Below are positions 28,750 through 39,401 of a DNA stretch of 64,000 nucleotides, one piece after another. Within the stretch, counting starts at the first letter, position 1. Every line of letters starts with the position of its first letter. This stretch comes from Clostridia bacterium (lineage in GTDB: Bacteria > Bacillota > Clostridia > TANB77 > CAG-465): the NCBI GenBank assembly GCA_017626395.1, contig JAGAIU010000075.1:42349-106348 (forward strand). The letters are read 5' to 3'. The position numbers were made by a program, and so were the translations under genes. The notes beneath the pieces are model-generated. The model saw nothing but the letters and a program-made list of their open reading frames with translations. It was not told where the DNA came from and did not search any database.

Positions 28750-28839
28750 TGGCGGAGAGTGAGGGGCTCGAACCCTCGCGCCGCATACACGACCTAACAG
28801 TTTAGCAAACTGTCCCCTTCACCACTTGGGTAACTCTCC
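28750..28839 (-). tRNA. tRNA-Ser (anticodon GCU)
   Basis: The minus strand reads GGAGAGTTACCCAAGTGGTGAAGGGGACAGTTTGCTAAACTGTTAGGTCGTGTATGCGGCGCGAGGGTTCGAGCCCCTCACTCTCCGCCA. It has a long variable arm, a GGTTCGAGCC T-arm and an encoded CCA. Its own promoter (TTGACT-17-TATAAT) is in the spacer and a terminator follows. Confidence 0.85.
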
Positions 28840-28948
28840 AAACTATTTTTGCTACTCCTACATTATAACAATAAGATGTAAATAAGTCAACTCTTTTATT
28901 CATTTTTGCAAAAAAAAAATAGGACGTTAAAACGTTCTATTCTTTATG

Positions 28949-29037
28949 TGGCGGAAGAGGTAGGATTCGAACCCACGGTGCCTTTCGACATCACCAGTTT
29001 TCAAGACTGTCTCCTTAAACCACTCGGACACTCTTCC
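28949..29037 (-). tRNA. tRNA-Ser (anticodon UGA)
   Basis: The minus strand reads GGAAGAGTGTCCGAGTGGTTTAAGGAGACAGTCTTGAAAACTGGTGATGTCGAAAGGCACCGTGGGTTCGAATCCTACCTCTTCCGCCA. It has a long variable arm and a GGTTCGAATCC T-arm. Promoter TTGACA-16-TATAAT lies upstream, and a terminator hairpin plus T10 lies in the spacer. Confidence 0.85.
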
Positions 29038-29132
29038 ACATTCGGTACAGATATAATTATACCACTTATTTTAAATTTGTCAACACTAATTTTAATTTTT
29101 TTTAAATTTTTATTATATCTGTACATTTTTAA

Positions 29133-30011
29133 CTACATTTTTATATTTAACATAGATAATAAACTCTCTAAACCTTCTTCATCATTATATTCAATTATTA
29201 ATCTTTGATGTTTTTTAGTTTGATCTAGTTTTACTTTATAACCAAAGTAATCTTTTAGTTTATTTTCTAGATTTTGGTAATATACTGTTTTAGGTTGTTT
29301 TTTAGCTGGTTTTCTATTATATTTTTCATCACCATATATTAATTTTTCAACATCTCTAACAGTTAATTTTTTCTCTACTACTTTTTTAGCTATTTCAATT
29401 TGCTTTTCCTTATCATCTAAAACTAATAATGCTCTTGCTTGTCCTTCAACAAGTTCTCCTTTAAGTAGCATATCTAATATTTCTTCTGGTAATTTTAAAA
29501 GACGAATAATGTTAGAAATTGTAGATACATTTTTACCAGTTATTTTAGCCACTTCTGAATTAGTATATCCATCAATATCCATTAATTCTTTAATAGCTCT
29601 TGCAATTTCGACGATATTTAAATCTTCTCTTTGGATATTTTCAATTAAAGCTACTTGTTTTTTCTTAGTGTCAGTATAATCTTTAATTATTGCTGGTATT
29701 TTAGTAAGACCTGCAGCTTTAGCTGCTCTCCATCTTCTTTCACCCGCAACAATTGTATATCCATTCTTATCTTTAACAACTAAAATTGGTTGTATTACTC
29801 CATTTTGTTTAATTGAATCTGTTAACTCTTCCATTTTCTCTTTATCGAAAACTTTTCTTGGCTGATTTAACATTGGTTCAACTTCTGTAATATCTAATTC
29901 TACTACTTTTTCTAAGACTTTAGTTTTCTCTTTTTTTGTTACAGCCTCTAGAGTTGTATCATTTTCTTCTCCAAAGAATGCATCTAATCCTCTACCTAGT
30001 CCCTTAGCCAT
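29133..30011 (-). CDS. parB: Chromosome partitioning protein ParB (Spo0J)
   Basis: The ParB-box motif GERRWRAAKAAGL and a helix-turn-helix are present. The gene is adjacent to parA. Confidence 0.9.
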   Translation of the reverse strand: MAKGLGRGLDAFFGEENDTTLEAVTKKEKTKVLEKVVELDITEVEPMLNQPRKVFDKEKMEELTDSIKQNGVIQPILVVKDKNGYTIVAGERRWRAAKAAGLTKIPAIIKDYTDTKKKQVALIENIQREDLNIVEIARAIKELMDIDGYTNSEVAKITGKNVSTISNIIRLLKLPEEILDMLLKGELVEGQARALLVLDDKEKQIEIAKKVVEKKLTVRDVEKLIYGDEKYNRKPAKKQPKTVYYQNLENKLKDYFGYKVKLDQTKKHQRLIIEYNDEEGLESLLSMLNIKM

Positions 30012-30012
30012 A

Positions 30013-30783
30013 TTAATCCTCCTTTTCAGTTAACTTAACTAACTCTCTGGCAAGTTTTTTATATGTTTCTGCACCTTTTGATTCGTTATCATATAAAGTG
30101 ATAGGTAAGCCGTGGCTTGGTGCTTCACTTAATCTAATATTTCTAGGAATTATTGTTTGAAATACCTTATTTCCAAAATATTTTTCTACTTCTCTTGCTA
30201 CTTGAGTTGATAAGTTTGTCCTAGCATCAAACATAGTTAAGATTACTCCTTCAACTATTAGCTCAGTATTTAGTCTTTTTTGAACAAGCTTAATTGTATT
30301 AATAAGTTGTCCTAGCCCTTCAAGTGCATAATATTCACATTGAATAGGTACTAAAACACTATCTGATGCAGTAAAGGCATTTAAAGTTATAAGTCCAAGT
30401 GATGGTGGACAATCTATTAGTATATAATCATATAAATCTCTCACTTTGTCTATTGCATCTTTTAATCTGTTTTCCCTTGAAACCATTGAAACAAGCTCAA
30501 TTTCAGCACCTGCAAGATTTATATTTGCAGGACATACATCTAACTTTTTAACCATTGTTGGTACAATAGTTTCACTAATTTCCATATCATCTACTAAAAC
30601 ATTATATACAGATTTGTCTGTATGAGCTTCAATTCCTAATCCACTTGTTGCATTACCTTGTGGATCTGTATCGATCAATAAAACTTTTTTTCCTCTTTGA
30701 GCTAAACAAGCGCTTAAATTAACCGCAGTTGTTGTTTTTCCGACACCACCTTTTTGATTAGCTATTGATATTACTCTTGCCAT
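30013..30783 (-). CDS. parA: Chromosome partitioning ATPase ParA (Soj)
   Basis: Deviant Walker A motif KGGVGKTT. Length 256 aa. Confidence 0.9.
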   Translation of the reverse strand: MARVISIANQKGGVGKTTTAVNLSACLAQRGKKVLLIDTDPQGNATSGLGIEAHTDKSVYNVLVDDMEISETIVPTMVKKLDVCPANINLAGAEIELVSMVSRENRLKDAIDKVRDLYDYILIDCPPSLGLITLNAFTASDSVLVPIQCEYYALEGLGQLINTIKLVQKRLNTELIVEGVILTMFDARTNLSTQVAREVEKYFGNKVFQTIIPRNIRLSEAPSHGLPITLYDNESKGAETYKKLARELVKLTEKED

Positions 30784-30946
30784 AATGTCACCTCATGGTT
30801 ATTATATTACATTTACAAAAAAAATAAAAGAGTAAACTTTAAAATTTACTCTTTTTTGCTAAATTAGTTGCTTAGATAATTTTCTAATTAACTTACTTTC
30901 ATATTTTACCTAAATTATAACTTTTTTCGCTATATAATTTACATAG

Positions 30947-31687
30947 TTATAAAGGCTTTTTCTTTATTTGTCCGTAGTTTCTAGGATATTTTGATGGTGT
31001 ATTATTTAGTTTTTTAACAGATAAAATACTTCTATTATATTCTTCTCCATCAACTGTATAGCTGTATTCTGTTTTTCCTTCTACTTTTAGATTAAGAACT
31101 TTTAATGCATTTTGAGATAACTTAATTTCTTCTTCTACATTATCTCCCTTCATAACAATACACTTTCCACCAACTTTTACATATGGACTTGTATATTCTA
31201 AAAGTGTAGGTAATTGTGCTACAGCCCTTGATACACTTGCATCGTAGCTATTATACATATTATTTATTCTTATTGTTTCTTCTGCTCTACCATGTATAAT
31301 TTTAACATTCTTTATACCTAGTTTATCTATTACTTCTTGTAAAAAGATTAATCTTTTATTTAAAGCATCAAGCAAAGTAAACTTTTTGTTTGGATAATAT
31401 ATAGCAAGTACCATACCAGGAAAACCTGCACCAGTTCCTACATCTATAAATGTTTCTTCGTCGCTAATCACTTTAGTACATTCTAAACAATCTACAAAAT
31501 GTTTTAGAATAACACCCATATCATCTGTAATAGCTGTAAGATTCATCTTTTCATTCCATTCAACTAATAACTCTTTATACATATATAGTTGTTCAAGTTG
31601 ATTTTCGTTAAGTTCTATATTTTGACTTCTAGCTTCTTGACATAATTTTTCTTTAAATTCTTCTTTTAACATACCTTCAATTTTCAT
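30947..31687 (-). CDS. rsmG: 16S rRNA (guanine527-N7)-methyltransferase RsmG (GidB)
   Basis: SAM-binding motif DVGTGAGFPG. Conserved position after mnmG. Confidence 0.9.
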   Translation of the reverse strand: MKIEGMLKEEFKEKLCQEARSQNIELNENQLEQLYMYKELLVEWNEKMNLTAITDDMGVILKHFVDCLECTKVISDEETFIDVGTGAGFPGMVLAIYYPNKKFTLLDALNKRLIFLQEVIDKLGIKNVKIIHGRAEETIRINNMYNSYDASVSRAVAQLPTLLEYTSPYVKVGGKCIVMKGDNVEEEIKLSQNALKVLNLKVEGKTEYSYTVDGEEYNRSILSVKKLNNTPSKYPRNYGQIKKKPL

Positions 31688-31703
31688 GTGAAACTCCTTT
31701 ATA

Positions 31704-33602
31704 CTATTTTTTATTTTGACTTAAATATATTAATAATACTGATATATCGGCCGGTGAAACACCTGATATTCTAGATGCTTGACCTACAGATAAAGGTTTT
31801 TGTTTATTAAGCTTTTGTCTAGCTTCTAAGCATAATCCTTTAATATCATTATAATCTATATCTGAACTTAATTTTTTACTTTCTAATTGTTTAAATTCGT
31901 CTATTTGCTCTTGTTGAAGTTTAATATATCCTTCATATTTAATTTGAATTTCAGCTTCTTCTGCTACACTTCTAGGAAGTTCTTTTCTTTTCTTATCTAT
32001 TGGAGCTAAATCATTATATGTTAATTCACTTCTTCTTAATAAATCCGCTAACTTACATCCTGTTGTTAAAGGTGATGAATTAAGACTTGTTAACAATGCA
32101 TTAGTTTCCTCTGAAGGTCTTACCGCTGTAGCTCTTACACGTTCTACCTCACGTCTTATAGCATCTTTTTTTTCAGTAAATTTCTTATATTTTTCTTCAG
32201 TTACAAGTCCAGCTTTATATCCTTTTTCAGTTAATCTTAAATCCGCATTGTCTTGTCTTAATGCAAGTCTATATTCAGCACGTGATGTCATCATTCTATA
32301 AGGTTCATTTGTTCCTTTAGTTACTAAATCATCTATAAGAACACCAATGTATGCTTCAGATCTATCTAATATTAAAGGTTCTCTATTATCTATTTTTAAA
32401 ACTGCATTAATTCCAGCAATTAAGCCTTGTGCAGCTGCTTCTTCGTATCCAGAAGAACCATTAACTTGTCCTGCAAAGAATAACCCATCTATTCCCTTAT
32501 ATTCTAGACTTAGTTTTAAATTTGTAGAATCAATACAATCATATTCTATAGCATAAGCAGGTCTCATCATTTTAGCATTTTCAAGTCCTGGAACTGTTCT
32601 ATACATTTGAATTTGTACTTCTTCTGGTAATGATGAAGACATACCTTGAATGTACATTTCAGATGTCTTTTCTCCTAGAGGCTCTATGAATAATTGATGT
32701 CTTTCTTTATCTGCAAATCTTACTACTTTATCTTCTATAGAAGGACAATATCTAGGTCCTGTAGATTTAAGCTTCATATCTTGATTTGCTGTATATATTG
32801 GAGATCTGTGTAAATTTGCTCTAATAATTTTATGTGTTTCTTCTGTTGTATAAGTTAAATAACAAGAAACTTGTTTTTTATTTATTATTTCTTCATTTCC
32901 TTCGTTTCCAAAAGACATCGGAACTATTTCTTTATCTCCAAATTGTTCTTCCATCTTAGAAAAATCTATAGTATTAGCATTTATTCTAGCAGGTGTACCA
33001 GTTTTAAATCTTCTAAGTTCTATTCCTAAATCTAATAAGCTTTGAGATAAGTCATTAGCTGGAAATACACCATCTGGACCACTTTCATATGCTACTTCTC
33101 CTATTATTACTTTACCTTTTAAATATGTACCTGTAGCAACAACAATAGCTTTTGTATGGAAAGTAGCACCTATTTTAGTTTTAACTCCTACTACTTTTCC
33201 GTCTTCTACTAATATTTTAACTATTTCAGCTTGATAAACATCTAGATTTTCTTGTTCTTCCATAGTTTTCTTCATTTCTATATGGTACATTCTTCTATCT
33301 GATTGTACTCTTAAAGAGTGGACTGCTGGACCTTTAGAAGTGTTTAACATTTTAGATTGAATAAATGTTTTGTCTGCATTTTTAGCCATTTCTCCACCTA
33401 AAGCATCTATTTCTCTAACTAAATGTCCTTTAGAAGTTCCACCTATACTTGGATTACAAGGCATATTTGCTAATGTATCTAGGTTAATAACAAAAGCTGC
33501 TGTTTTCTTACCCATTCTAGCACTTGCAAGAGCTGCTTCACAACCTGCATGTCCTGCTCCAATTACTATAACATCATATTCTCCTAAACAATATTCGCTC
33601 AT
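31704..33602 (-). CDS. mnmG: tRNA uridine 5-carboxymethylaminomethyl modification enzyme MnmG (GidA)
   Basis: 632 aa with the FAD motif [14 protein letters not shown] near the N-terminus and conserved synteny. Confidence 0.95.
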   Translation of the reverse strand: MSEYCLGEYDVIVIGAGHAGCEAALASARMGKKTAAFVINLDTLANMPCNPSIGGTSKGHLVREIDALGGEMAKNADKTFIQSKMLNTSKGPAVHSLRVQSDRRMYHIEMKKTMEEQENLDVYQAEIVKILVEDGKVVGVKTKIGATFHTKAIVVATGTYLKGKVIIGEVAYESGPDGVFPANDLSQSLLDLGIELRRFKTGTPARINANTIDFSKMEEQFGDKEIVPMSFGNEGNEEIINKKQVSCYLTYTTEETHKIIRANLHRSPIYTANQDMKLKSTGPRYCPSIEDKVVRFADKERHQLFIEPLGEKTSEMYIQGMSSSLPEEVQIQMYRTVPGLENAKMMRPAYAIEYDCIDSTNLKLSLEYKGIDGLFFAGQVNGSSGYEEAAAQGLIAGINAVLKIDNREPLILDRSEAYIGVLIDDLVTKGTNEPYRMMTSRAEYRLALRQDNADLRLTEKGYKAGLVTEEKYKKFTEKKDAIRREVERVRATAVRPSEETNALLTSLNSSPLTTGCKLADLLRRSELTYNDLAPIDKKRKELPRSVAEEAEIQIKYEGYIKLQQEQIDEFKQLESKKLSSDIDYNDIKGLCLEARQKLNKQKPLSVGQASRISGVSPADISVLLIYLSQNKK

Positions 33603-33613
33603 TTTACCCTCCT

Positions 33614-34990
33614 TTATTTACCTAAACAGAATTTTTCAAAAATCTTAGCAATAATATCTTGTGTAACATCTGCTCCTATTATCTCGCCAAGAGTTTTTGT
33701 AGATTTTTTAACATATATTGATACTATATCTATAGGTTGTCCAAAAGATATTTCTTTTTTAGCATCTTCTAAATATCCTATAGCTTTCTTTAACAAATCT
33801 TTGTGTCTTTCATTAGTTATTATTAACTCATGAGAATAATCTAAATCATTTGCATCAAATAATTCTATTATCTCATTTTTTAAATCATCTATACCTTCAT
33901 TGTTCTCAACAGAGATACAAATTGGTTCTTTAATACCGTTTTTATTTAATTCTTTCAAAATACTATCTAAAATCGATTTTTCTGTTAAATCCATCTTATT
34001 TATCACAGTAATGTATTTAAGTCCTTTATTTTGGATTTTAGAAAGAATTTCAAAATCTTCTTTTGATACTCCTTCTTGACCATTAATTAAGTATAAAACA
34101 AGATCCATTTCTTCCAATATTTTTATACTTTTTTCTACACCTATTTTTTCAATTATATCATCTGTATCTCTAATACCTGCTGTATCAGAAATATTTAAAA
34201 CTATATTTCCCAAATTAATTGTCTCTTCAACTATATCTCTTGTAGTACCTGGTATATCTGTAACTATAGCTTTTTCATAATTAGCTAAATTATTTAAAAG
34301 TGAAGATTTTCCAACGTTTGGCTTTCCTAAAATAGCTACATTTACACCATTCTTAATGTATTTTCCATGTTCATAAGTTTTAACTATATTATCTATTTCA
34401 TTAATTTTCTTGTCTAACAAACTAACTATAGATGTTGGTTCTACTTCCTCATAATCATATTCAGGATAATCTACACTAACTTCAATATGAGCCATAAGTT
34501 CAACTAATTCTTCTCTTAATTCTCTTATTCTTTTAGATAGATCTCCTTCCATGTTTTTTGCAGCAATTCTAGTCTCTGTCTTTGTTTTAGCATTAATTAA
34601 ATTAATTACTGCTTCTGCTTGAGATAAGTCCATTTTACCATTTAAGAAAGCTCTTTTAGAGAATTCTCCTGGTTCAGCTAAAGAAGCACCATTTTCTAAC
34701 ACTATTTCTAGTATTTCTTTAGTTATTTGATTTCCACCATGACAGTTAATCTCACATACATCTTCACCTGTATATGAATGTGGTGCTTTAAAATATGACA
34801 CTAAAACATTATCTATAACTTCATTATTATCTACAATTTTTCCATAAATTATATGATTTGGTTCAAGTTTAGCACTAGATTTAAATATTTTATTTATTAT
34901 ATTTAAGCTATCTTTACCACTTAATCTAATAATACTTATTCCACTATTAGATAGAGCAGTACCAATAGCAGCTATTGTTGATGACATAAT
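33614..34990 (-). CDS. mnmE: tRNA modification GTPase MnmE (TrmE)
   Basis: G-domain motifs [12 protein letters not shown] and DTAGIRD, and a C-terminal CLGK. The likely start is MSSTIAAIG, inside track ORF 33614..35008. Confidence 0.95.
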   Translation of the reverse strand: MMSSTIAAIGTALSNSGISIIRLSGKDSLNIINKIFKSSAKLEPNHIIYGKIVDNNEVIDNVLVSYFKAPHSYTGEDVCEINCHGGNQITKEILEIVLENGASLAEPGEFSKRAFLNGKMDLSQAEAVINLINAKTKTETRIAAKNMEGDLSKRIRELREELVELMAHIEVSVDYPEYDYEEVEPTSIVSLLDKKINEIDNIVKTYEHGKYIKNGVNVAILGKPNVGKSSLLNNLANYEKAIVTDIPGTTRDIVEETINLGNIVLNISDTAGIRDTDDIIEKIGVEKSIKILEEMDLVLYLINGQEGVSKEDFEILSKIQNKGLKYITVINKMDLTEKSILDSILKELNKNGIKEPICISVENNEGIDDLKNEIIELFDANDLDYSHELIITNERHKDLLKKAIGYLEDAKKEISFGQPIDIVSIYVKKSTKTLGEIIGADVTQDIIAKIFEKFCLGK

Positions 34991-35106
34991 TTTCCTCCTT
35001 TTATCCAAAAGAACTCAGTGAATAGCATAATATCTTAGTATTTGTGCTATATCACTGAGTTCTATTTAACTTTCACCTAAATAGAATGGTGATTAATATA
35101 TATTTT

Positions 35107-35262
35107 TTATTCTATTCCTAGTTCATCTCTCTCTTGAGCTTGGCCCATTCCGTCATCTCCTGATGCTTCTTTTTTTAACTTATTTAAAGGCCACTGTTCA
35201 ATAGGATCATTTCTGCTTTTAAGCTCCTCTTGGAAATATTCTTTTTCATCTTCCATATTCAT
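35107..35262 (-). CDS. Small acidic hypothetical protein (51 aa) between mnmE and jag
   Basis: MNMEDEKEYFQEELKSRNDPIEQWPLNKLKKEASGDDGMGQAQERDELGIE. A strong GGAGG RBS lies 7 nt upstream. It is not in the ORF track because it is under 60 aa. Confidence 0.45.
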   Translation of the reverse strand: MNMEDEKEYFQEELKSRNDPIEQWPLNKLKKEASGDDGMGQAQERDELGIE

Positions 35263-35276
35263 ACCTCCTAAAAGAT

Positions 35277-35948
35277 TTATTTATATTGATATTTTCTTTT
35301 AATAACAACTCTTCTTCTAGGCTCTTCACCAATAGATTCAGTCTCTACATCTCTTCTATCAGCTAGTTCTCTGTGTATTATAAGTCTTTCGTATGCTGAC
35401 ATTGGTTCAAGTCTAATTGGTCTTCTAAATTTAACACAATTAGCAGCCATTTTGTTAGCAAGTCTTCTTAATTTTTCTTCTTTTTTCTTTTTGTAGTCGT
35501 TTATTTCTACAAAAACTTTAGCATATTCTTCATCTTCTCTTTGTAACATAGAGTTTAGTAAAGATTGGAATGCTTCGATTGTTTTTCCTTTATATCCTAT
35601 TAAATGTGACATTTCATCACCTTTTATAATAAGATTTATTTGGTTATCTTTTCTTTCTATAGTGTATGAAACTTCTTCTTCAGTTATAGTAAAGATATTT
35701 TTAAGAATTTCTTCTAATTTTTCTTTAGTTCTATCTGCTTGTTCATCACTAATTTTTTTATCTACTGTAAGTCTTACTTTAGCAAGTTTAGCAGATAAAA
35801 TACCTAAAACTCCGCCATTTGATGGTTCTTCAAGAACTTCAATTTTAACATCATCTCTTGAAACTTTTAATTCTTCAAGTCCTTTTCTAATAGCTTCCTC
35901 TATTGTTTTTCCTATTTGTTCTGTAACTTTTTTAGTCATTATTTTCAC
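35277..35948 (-). CDS. jag: Jag/KhpB RNA-binding protein (KH and R3H domains)
   Basis: 223 aa. The C-terminal R3H motif is present (PMSAYERLIIHRELAD). Conserved position downstream of yidC. Confidence 0.85.
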   Translation of the reverse strand: MKIMTKKVTEQIGKTIEEAIRKGLEELKVSRDDVKIEVLEEPSNGGVLGILSAKLAKVRLTVDKKISDEQADRTKEKLEEILKNIFTITEEEVSYTIERKDNQINLIIKGDEMSHLIGYKGKTIEAFQSLLNSMLQREDEEYAKVFVEINDYKKKKEEKLRRLANKMAANCVKFRRPIRLEPMSAYERLIIHRELADRRDVETESIGEEPRRRVVIKRKYQYK

Positions 35949-36807
35949 CCTTTCCTAGGAATAATACTTTGTTTTTCTTTTCTTTTTTATCAGAATTAGC
36001 ATCTTTATCTTCCATTAATTTGTCCATTATTAATTGTTGACCAATACCTAGTACACTACCAAATAGCCAATATATTCCTAGTGCTATAGGCCATGCATAA
36101 GCTATATATGCTGAAAGTAATGGCATCATTAAATTCATAGATTTTTGCATTTCAGCTTGATCTTCAGTCATTTGCATTTTTCTTTTTGAAAGTTTATTAC
36201 TTAATATTGAAAATAATAGAGATAATACAGGAATTAATAATGTCCATTTACTAACTCTTTTAGCTTCATCCTTAGAAAATGCATCTTTTGGAGCATCTCC
36301 TAAATTAATATTTTCAGTTATATTCATATCCAATAAGTCATATTCTTTAGCTAATGTTATCTCAAGTGATTTAATTTGATCTTCAGATACTACTTCTTCT
36401 GTATTTAAGTATTGTTGTGCATAAGGCATAAGCTCTGAAGTTTCCATTTGAGCAATGTATTTTAGTGGTTGTTGAACAACACCAAACATAGCTAGAATTA
36501 TTGGTATTTGAATAAGTGGTAATAAACAACCTGCCATAGGATTAATCTTATTATCTGAATATAATTTTAAAATTTCCTCATTTAATTTTTGTGGATTATC
36601 ACTATATTTTTCTCTAAGTTTTTTGTCCTCTGGCGCAATTTTTTGTAATGCAGCTGTAGATCTAAGTTGTTTTAGCATTAATGGGAAAAGTAATAATTTA
36701 GTCAAGAAAGTAAATATTAATAAAGCTACCAAATAGTTGTTGCCAACTAAGTTATAGATAACCCTAATAATACTACCTAATAGACCAGATATAAAATCCA
36801 TATTCAA
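35932..36807 (-). CDS. yidC: Membrane protein insertase YidC/OxaA
   Basis: Multi-helix membrane protein with the YidC core, in the rnpA-yidD-yidC arrangement. Confidence 0.9.
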   Translation of the reverse strand: MNMDFISGLLGSIIRVIYNLVGNNYLVALLIFTFLTKLLLFPLMLKQLRSTAALQKIAPEDKKLREKYSDNPQKLNEEILKLYSDNKINPMAGCLLPLIQIPIILAMFGVVQQPLKYIAQMETSELMPYAQQYLNTEEVVSEDQIKSLEITLAKEYDLLDMNITENINLGDAPKDAFSKDEAKRVSKWTLLIPVLSLLFSILSNKLSKRKMQMTEDQAEMQKSMNLMMPLLSAYIAYAWPIALGIYWLFGSVLGIGQQLIMDKLMEDKDANSDKKEKKNKVLFLGKGENND

Positions 36808-36820
36808 TATCCCCCATTCG

Positions 36821-37069
36821 TCATTTTAGTAAATCCACTCCTCCTTTGGAAAATGGATTACATTTTAGTATTCTTATTATACCTAATAAACTACCTTTAA
36901 TTATACCATATTTGTCAACTGCTTGTTTAGTATATTCTGAACACGTCGGATAGTACTTACAGTGGCTTCCAATACGTGGAGATATACATAATTGATAAAA
37001 TTTAATTAAAGATATCACTATTTTTCTTGGAAATTTAATTATTTTTTGTATTTTACTCATATAAATCAA
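36821..37069 (-). CDS. yidD: Membrane protein insertion efficiency factor YidD
   Basis: 82 aa. CISPRIGSHCKYYPTCSEYTKQAV is the YidD signature. Confidence 0.8.
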   Translation of the reverse strand: MIYMSKIQKIIKFPRKIVISLIKFYQLCISPRIGSHCKYYPTCSEYTKQAVDKYGIIKGSLLGIIRILKCNPFSKGGVDLLK

Positions 37070-37409
37070 GATCCTTAAAACAATTTTTTATATCTTCTTT
37101 TACTAAATGATAATTTACTTCTTTAGCACTTGTATCTTTTTTGTACATAACTACTACATTTAAGCCTCTCTTTAAGCTTATTTCTTCTTCTTTATATACT
37201 TCTCTTGCTAGTCTTTTAAGCTTATTTCTATCTACACTATTTCCGTTTTTCTTAGAAACACAAACAGCAAAGAAATTTTTAGCATCCGGTTCATCTGCAA
37301 GTTTAGTTTTACAAGAATGTACTACAATATAATTACCTTTAGAATAATTCCCTTTTCTAAAAATATATTTAAAAACCCTGTTTTTCTTTATTCTAAGCGT
37401 ATATTTCAT
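37053..37409 (-). CDS. rnpA: Ribonuclease P protein component RnpA
   Basis: 118 aa, basic. Conserved rpmH-rnpA synteny. Confidence 0.9.
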   Translation of the reverse strand: MKYTLRIKKNRVFKYIFRKGNYSKGNYIVVHSCKTKLADEPDAKNFFAVCVSKKNGNSVDRNKLKRLAREVYKEEEISLKRGLNVVVMYKKDTSAKEVNYHLVKEDIKNCFKDLDLYE

Positions 37410-37470
37410 ATTTTTTCATCCCTTTATAACGACAAAAGTGGATATGAAAACATACCCACTCTAATAATAA

Positions 37471-37605
37471 TTAAGCACAAAGTACTTTTCTTCCTTTTGC
37501 TCTTCTTAATCTTAATACTTTTCTTCCAGAAGCTGTTGACATTCTTTGTCTAAATCCGTGTACTTTTTGTCTTTGTCTAGTTTTTGGTTGATATGTTCTT
37601 TTCAT
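37471..37605 (-). CDS. rpmH: 50S ribosomal protein L34
   Basis: [44 protein letters not shown]. Not in the ORF track because it is 44 aa. Confidence 0.9.
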   Translation of the reverse strand: MKRTYQPKTRQRQKVHGFRQRMSTASGRKVLRLRRAKGRKVLCA

Positions 37606-37859
37606 GTTACTACACCTCCTAAAATGTATATATGTTAAATATTTTCAATCCAAAAAAAATAAATGCTAACTAAATAACTTAGATTAGTCATTTAAACATT
37701 TTAATAAGTGGTAACATTATACAATAATTCCTTTTTTTTGTCAACCCCTAAAAAAAGTAAAATTTTTCTGTGAAATTTTGCATTTTTAAAAAAAAGTTAT
37801 CAACAATTTTATGTAAATTTGTAAATTACAAATTGTTTTACCCGAAATTTAAAAAAATT

Positions 37860-39300
37860 TCCAAACCTGTGGATAACTTTTATTCTACACTATAATTTAA
37901 CCATTTTTTATGCCAAAAACGACATAATTTTATGAGTTATCCACAGTTTTTATGTAAAGTAAAATACCAGATAAATAATTTTAAGTTCAGAATTTTGCGC
38001 AATAAAATTTGGATCAAAAATTTCACAAATTAAAACTCGCTAAATTCAGTGTTTTCAAGCATTTCAAGGTTTCATAATTTTTAAATTTTTTGTGAAAATT
38101 TTAGAAGTTATCCACAGCTTTTATGTAATTTTTAATTCTGATTTTCACAAAATTATCATACTTTTTCCACAACCTGTGGATAACTCTGTGGATAACTTTT
38201 TCATTTTTAAGTTATCCACAGTTTTTCTTTGTAATTTACAAGTATTGTGTCGAATGTTTATTTTAATATATTTTGATGGTATTTTAGTCTACATATATAA
38301 TTTTATCAATTTTTTCTGTGAAAATTCGATATTGACATAATATTTTAAACCTGTGGAAAACTCACAAAAAATGATTTTTTTCGATTCTCTGAAATATGCT
38401 ATTTTACTGCATTTGAAGGTGTTTTTTATCAAATATTACTTAAAAATTACAAAAATATTGCAAACGTGTTAAAATCCCAACTTTTAAAAGTTATCCACAG
38501 GAAAGGTGTGGATAACCTGTGGATAACCTGTGGATAACTCTGTGATAGAATTGTGAAAATTAGTTACAAAAAAGTACCCCCTGTGGAAAGTGTGGATAAC
38601 TGCCATTTTTATCCACAGAGTTATCCACAGGCAAAATCCAGTCGTACCAAGGGTTTGACATAGTTATCCACAGTTTCCACAGCCCCTACTACTACTACTA
38701 TAATATAATAATAAAACTAATTAACTATTTTTATTATATTCGCACGCGCGCGCGTGAGAAAAAATTGGTTTACATTTTTCTGTGAATAAATAAAAAAATG
38801 AGGGATAAAAATATTTTGAAAAAATTTAAAAAATTATTTAAAAATTATTTTTAAATAATTATTTTTCATAAAAAGTTATCAACATTATCCACAAAATAAA
38901 ATGTTAATAGTGTGGATAACTAAATTAATATTTTTAAATTTTAAATAATTAATAAAATAGTAAATAAATTAATTCTAAATTATTTTATTATAAATAGAAT
39001 AGAGGAGTAATACACTATAAATTATTAATATGTTTATAATGTGGATAAGCATTAGTAATAACTAAATAATCAATTATTTTTATTAAAATATTTATTTATT
39101 ATTTATATAATTTTATTACTATATAAATAATAAAATTTATTCCTTAATGGTTAGTAAAATATATTATACAATTTTATGATTACTAAAATAATTTTTATTA
39201 TAATTATTAAAAACATATTATATTAAAAAAATCGATTTAATTATTCACATTATCAACAATATTAATTGTGAATTATGTGGATAACTTTCTGTTACAAAAA
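37860..39300. promoter_or_regulatory. oriC: oriC: DnaA-box cluster (about 20 TTATCCACA or near-consensus boxes in both orientations) and an AT-rich unwinding region upstream of dnaA
   Basis: Consensus boxes start at 37868, 37937, 38107, 38175, 38187, 38212, 38491, 38507, 38518, 38529, 38591, 38609, 38621, 38664, about 38886, about 38911, about 39041 and about 39276. The interval 38700-39400 is almost pure A/T. Confidence 0.85.
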
Positions 39301-39401
39301 AATATTTTTTATTGATTTTTTTTAATTAATTTATTATAATAAAAAAAGAATATACGGTAGTATAAAAAATATACATTTATTATTAATAGAAGGAGGGGAA
39401 A

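Noticed and set aside
32347-33648. Plus-strand ORFs of 69-92 aa
   Set aside because: Antisense to mnmG and mnmE.
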